Translations under genes and position numbers: made by a program
Shown: positions 59,899 through 64,000 of the stretch, piece by piece
Numbering within the stretch: position 1 is the first letter of the stretch
How the letters are laid out: each line of letters begins with the position of its first letter
Notes under the pieces: generated by a model
What the model was told of the DNA's origin: nothing
Seen by the model: the letters and a program-made list of their open reading frames with translations, nothing else
Databases searched by the model: none
Origin: Takakia lepidozioides
Lineage: Eukaryota > Plantae > Bryophyta
DNA: 64,000 nt
Reading direction: 5' to 3'
Assembly (NCBI GenBank): GCA_030704615.1
Contig: CM060731.1
Coordinates: 57,784,001 to 57,848,000 of the forward strand

Positions 59899-62679
59899 GT
59901 TCTTACCCTTAACTCCGGTAGAGTTCTTGACAACAACCTCAATACACTCGTTGAGTGAGATTCCTACTTGCAGTTCCTTGACTCCTTCCAGACAGTACCA
60001 AGATCTTCCAGTAATGAGCCACTTAAGTTTTCAGGAGGATATGTGCAGGCCATATTCGTAGGCAATGTTGCTCTGCTTTGCTGATGAAAAGAAGACTAAC
60101 GTGCCTACGCTGCCAGGTATACGTATGCTTGCGTGTGCAACTTCAGCCAAGCCAGTGAGATTTGGCTCTGTCCCACTTCGAACCCTACACCTCTGTCCCT
60201 TCTCAAACCAGGTTTTTCTATGACTGTCAGCCTTTCACTGCCCCTCCTGCAATGCTCAGGTCCGAAGGTCTGGTCATATCTCTCTGAGCAAACCCCTGTG
60301 CATGCAGGCCCTTGTATCACACCATCAGCTTCTTTAGATACTTCGCCAGGCGTTGCAGACTTGCCGAATGCTAACGCTTAGACCTCACCAATGCGCTCCT
60401 CAGCCCTAAATGTCGCATGCACAGTTTGTGGGACTCATATTCCGGCAACATTTTCTAAGTGCCTTCAATGCGTTGCTCCTCTGTTTTCCTTGACTGCGAA
60501 TTGTGTACTCGAGAGCTGCAAACCACTATCATGAAGATGTTCAGAAAGTGTGCTTTATCATCCAGCTGCACACATTCTGAAACATCATATGTTTGAGATT
60601 GAAAGGGAAAAAAATACGTTTTGCCATTTACACTTAAAAGTAACGGTCTTGACAGTGCACTTCGGGAGATTGCAGATAGAGGAATGGTAAGGCGCAGCAA
60701 GAACTAAACCAGATCAACTCATCATACTTGCCATGTTGAGAAACACACTATAAACAGTCTTAATATCCCGCTGAGCACTCCCCCCAGAGTGCCTCACAGC
60801 ACTGCTCCTCCTACCAAGTTCGCCACAAGAAAACATCAAAGGCTTTTAGGTAAAAAACTACCCCAACACTCAGATACTCATCAGATGAACAAGACAAGCC
60901 AACTCAAGCCAGCGCTCCGACACCGACGATGAGTCCGACAAGAGCATGGGTCGACATTGAAGGAAGCTCGCACAGACAGGAAGAATGCCATAACCTCGCA
61001 CACAAATCTTTGCTACATATTCATGACTCCAAACCTTTTACATACCTTATGATATTGAATGCCTCGCTCTCGGTCATTTATGAGCTGATCACGAGTCTTG
61101 TGAGGGATCAGGGTAGTTTCCTACAAACAAAGTCGTCTCCAACAGCATCACATCCGTGCTGCCATCGCCATCGCTGCACTCACTCGCAGCACACCGCCCC
61201 CATACACACCACAAACCAAGATGGGGACGCGGGACAGCTGAGCTTCCCGTCCGTCCCTGCCTGGGATAGTCGGATTGTCCCGTTTCTGTCCTGCCACCAA
61301 ATTTAGCTCCTCACGGGACATATTTGTCCCGTCCAGTCATCGGCGGGAAAAAGTAACCTCAGACCTAATCTAAGAACCATTTTAAATTAACAATATTAGA
61401 AACTTCCGAGAATCCCGCCAAGCTGTTTCCTTTCTACGAAATAAAACTAAAACAAAACTAGTTTTATTTAGAAACAAATACAAATAAATATTCAAATCTT
61501 GATACGCGTGCGTACTTTTACAAGTACCTACAATTTTATCCCTCACAAGCGCGATCATTGTGGCAATGAAGAATGAACATATATATTTTTACTAAAATTA
61601 GGCGCTGCCTCTGGAAAAAACAAAACGATATCAAGATGAAAGTCGTGAGCATCAACGCCAAGAGTCATCTATCCATCCAAGGAGCAGTGCCACGTGGGGG
61701 AGGGAGTAGAGAAGGGCGGCGGCATGAGTGGGAGGGGGGCAGTACTTGGTGTGACGAGTCATATCGTCTTGCAAACTCGTCTGGATTGTCTGCAACTGTT
61801 GCTCTGTCGGTCTGAGTGATGAGAGACTCGACAGTCGAGAGAGGGGGAAACTTGAAACTTGAAAGCTATGGCGCAGGCAAAGTCAAAGCACACACGCTAT
61901 GTATAGCAAGGCTATTGGGGGAATGATCGGAATCGTCAGTTGACGTTGGTAGCATGTGGAAAGAGAGAAACAAACACACAAACAAGCCCGACAAACCCTG
62001 CTGAGTGAGTGATCACTCGTCCGAACGTGAGCGGAAGACGATAAACAAATAGATGCCTAAAGGCGTAGCACTGATTGATGAGGGGTCTACCACGGCACCG
62101 TGATGCACATTCCGTCGTGGATTTCAACAATGGATGTGAATACCCCGCCACATGTCCAAATGCTTGGGTCAATTTTACGGGACCATTGACCGGTGATTCG
62201 TATGAACCTTCGCGGGCACAACTTGAAGCAAAGCGTCACCCCTAATGTCTGACCACATTCTGGTGGCTAGCGGCAAGAGGGCCCCACGCAGACGATATCA
62301 AATAGCAAGAGAAGCACATACAAAGGCCTCCATGGCAGCATTAAACGTGGGTGTTCCCTCCATGTTAGACACCAACGGCCCGGAGTAGAGGCATTCATAC
62401 GTGGTTGAATGAAACATCATTATTGGGTAAGGGAGACATGAAAATCCAAAAAAGTAGAGCACGTTCGGACATCATTGTGAAGCGGTTCACTGGTTTATTG
62501 AGGAGCAGAATTGGAGGTGCCAAGAGCGTCGTCTGCCCGGTGCCGATGCTGAATCACAGTGGGCATGCAAAGGAACACTGGGGAGCGCAAAAGAAGCTCT
62601 TAACGTACTGTGGAAGAGGCGGCAGCCTGTCCTGGGCTGTGGTGCTGGCATTTGGCGCACATTAGAAAAGGCCCGGGAG

Positions 62680-64000
62680 TTTAATGCGACTCCTTCGGTC
62701 CTGCCTGCGTGGCACCCCCCGCCACCCCAGCCGCACCCCCTTCGCCGGCTCCTGCGCGGCTCGCGGTCGCTGCGCCCCGGCGCCCCCTCCAGCCCACCCC
62801 TCAAAACCCCCCCCCCCGGCACCCCCCATCCCCCTGCCCGCCCGCCCTCCCCGCCCCCGCCCCGCCCCACGCCCGCCGGCCGTCACCACACCACATGAAC
62901 TCTGTGGCACATGACACCTGTCACCACAACCCAACATCGCGCATGGGACATATCGTGAGTCGAAAGCATGGATCCATACATGGCAGATGACACATACATG
63001 ATGGGTCACGAAAGTAACATGATGACCATCACGAAAGTCACATTATGACCATAGGCGTGAAGCCCTCACATATGCATGCATAAACAAGGTTGTACATGTT
63101 CAAATTTCAAATTTCAAATTTCAAATTTAGTATTATTTTATGGATTGGGTCTACTTCTAGTATTTAGGATGGATGTATGTAGGTACGGATGGATGAGACC
63201 AGGAAGTATGTGTAATGAGAGGCAACCTCCAATCGTCACCTTCCTTTCATGGTCCTCTCAAATTGTTCTGACCACGAAAGCACAACGTGCAGCCAGTACT
63301 AGCCGTGCCTCAGGTCCCTGAATTGCGCCACGATATGTCTGTTGCCGAGAATGAAGAAAATATTGCATCCCATCTTGTTTTGCTGCTTCGAAACCAAGTT
63401 CAAATGCCCAGTGTAGGTGTTTTAACCATCATGTACTGCAGTGGCGTTTCCAATGGCATGGCAAGCCTCCTGGCCAAAACTCTGCCGAAGTCGCCTACAT
63501 TCCCTGGAATCGAGTTGCTGATTTCATTACAGGGGAGTCTTCCCGTTCAGATGGCCCATGCACTTTCAGCAGGCATCAGCAAAGATGTCATCCGGAGGGG
63601 TCTCTCTTAGCTCCTCGCAGCAACAGTGCCAGGACTACAACAATGTCATTGGGCTGCAGGTCATGTGTTGCAAGGGCTACTGAATGATTTCCATGAATGT
63701 CCGAGTGCCTAAATCCCCTTGGTGTCATAGTAACGGATTGTTTTTTTGTTATTGTAGGTATCATCGCTCATATGGTTCACAGGACAGATGTAGTTCCTTC
63801 TTGGAGGTTACCCCTGCAATGGCACACAAGAAACGCCGAGTGAAGCCTGCAAAGAAGAAGGGGAGGAAGCCAAGAGCCACGGCCGCTTCCACTGAAGCAA
63901 AGCCAAAACAAATGAGGACCACACAAACAAAATCGGGGGAAGGCATCAAGAGGGGATGCATGTGCAGGTTGTAGTGAAGCAATGTTATGTGGACCCTGAT
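62680..64000 (+). mobile_element. probable MULE/SWIM-type transposon end with N-terminal transposase exon, continuing past the window
   Basis: C-rich terminus and short repeats (62680-63060); exon from ~63759 YHRSYGSQD...KRGCMCR and, after a 1-nt shift, VVKQCYVDPD, resembling the YWCSxGP..KRGCxCxFxVK motif of plant SWIM/MULE proteins. Confidence 0.55.

Noticed and set aside
61216-61501. hAT-like MITE (cgggaca/tgtcccg repeats, CAAGAT..ATCTTG)
   Set aside because: Only 6 bp of inverted match and no TSD

Overview
Eukaryotic nuclear DNA from a land plant, probably a non-flowering lineage (inferred from NLR type and TE content; the species cannot be determined). Three apparently intact minus-strand genes: a 24-exon 26S proteasome subunit RPN1 (1067-18260), an NB-ARC-LRR immune receptor with an unusual helical N-terminal domain and a GC-AG intron (45480-51827), and an N-acylated clade-E-like PP2C (56367-59729). 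Between RPN1 and the NLR lies a ~26 kb nested TE block. It contains tandem arrays, a CACTA element with one recognisable end, a chromovirus inserted into that CACTA, a pogo-type remnant, and a Copia element with internally scrambled domains that interrupts an ADH pseudogene. The CACTA accessory ORF carries an FCP1/NIF-like HAD phosphatase domain between two En/Spm-type domains, which is the most novel-looking feature. Two non-L1 LINE families populate the introns; one has almost no 3' UTR and repeatedly inserts at TC-rich tracts. A TTAA-flanked piggyBac-like MITE lies upstream of the NLR, and a MULE-like element starts at the right edge. All calls are from manual reading; no database searches were run.
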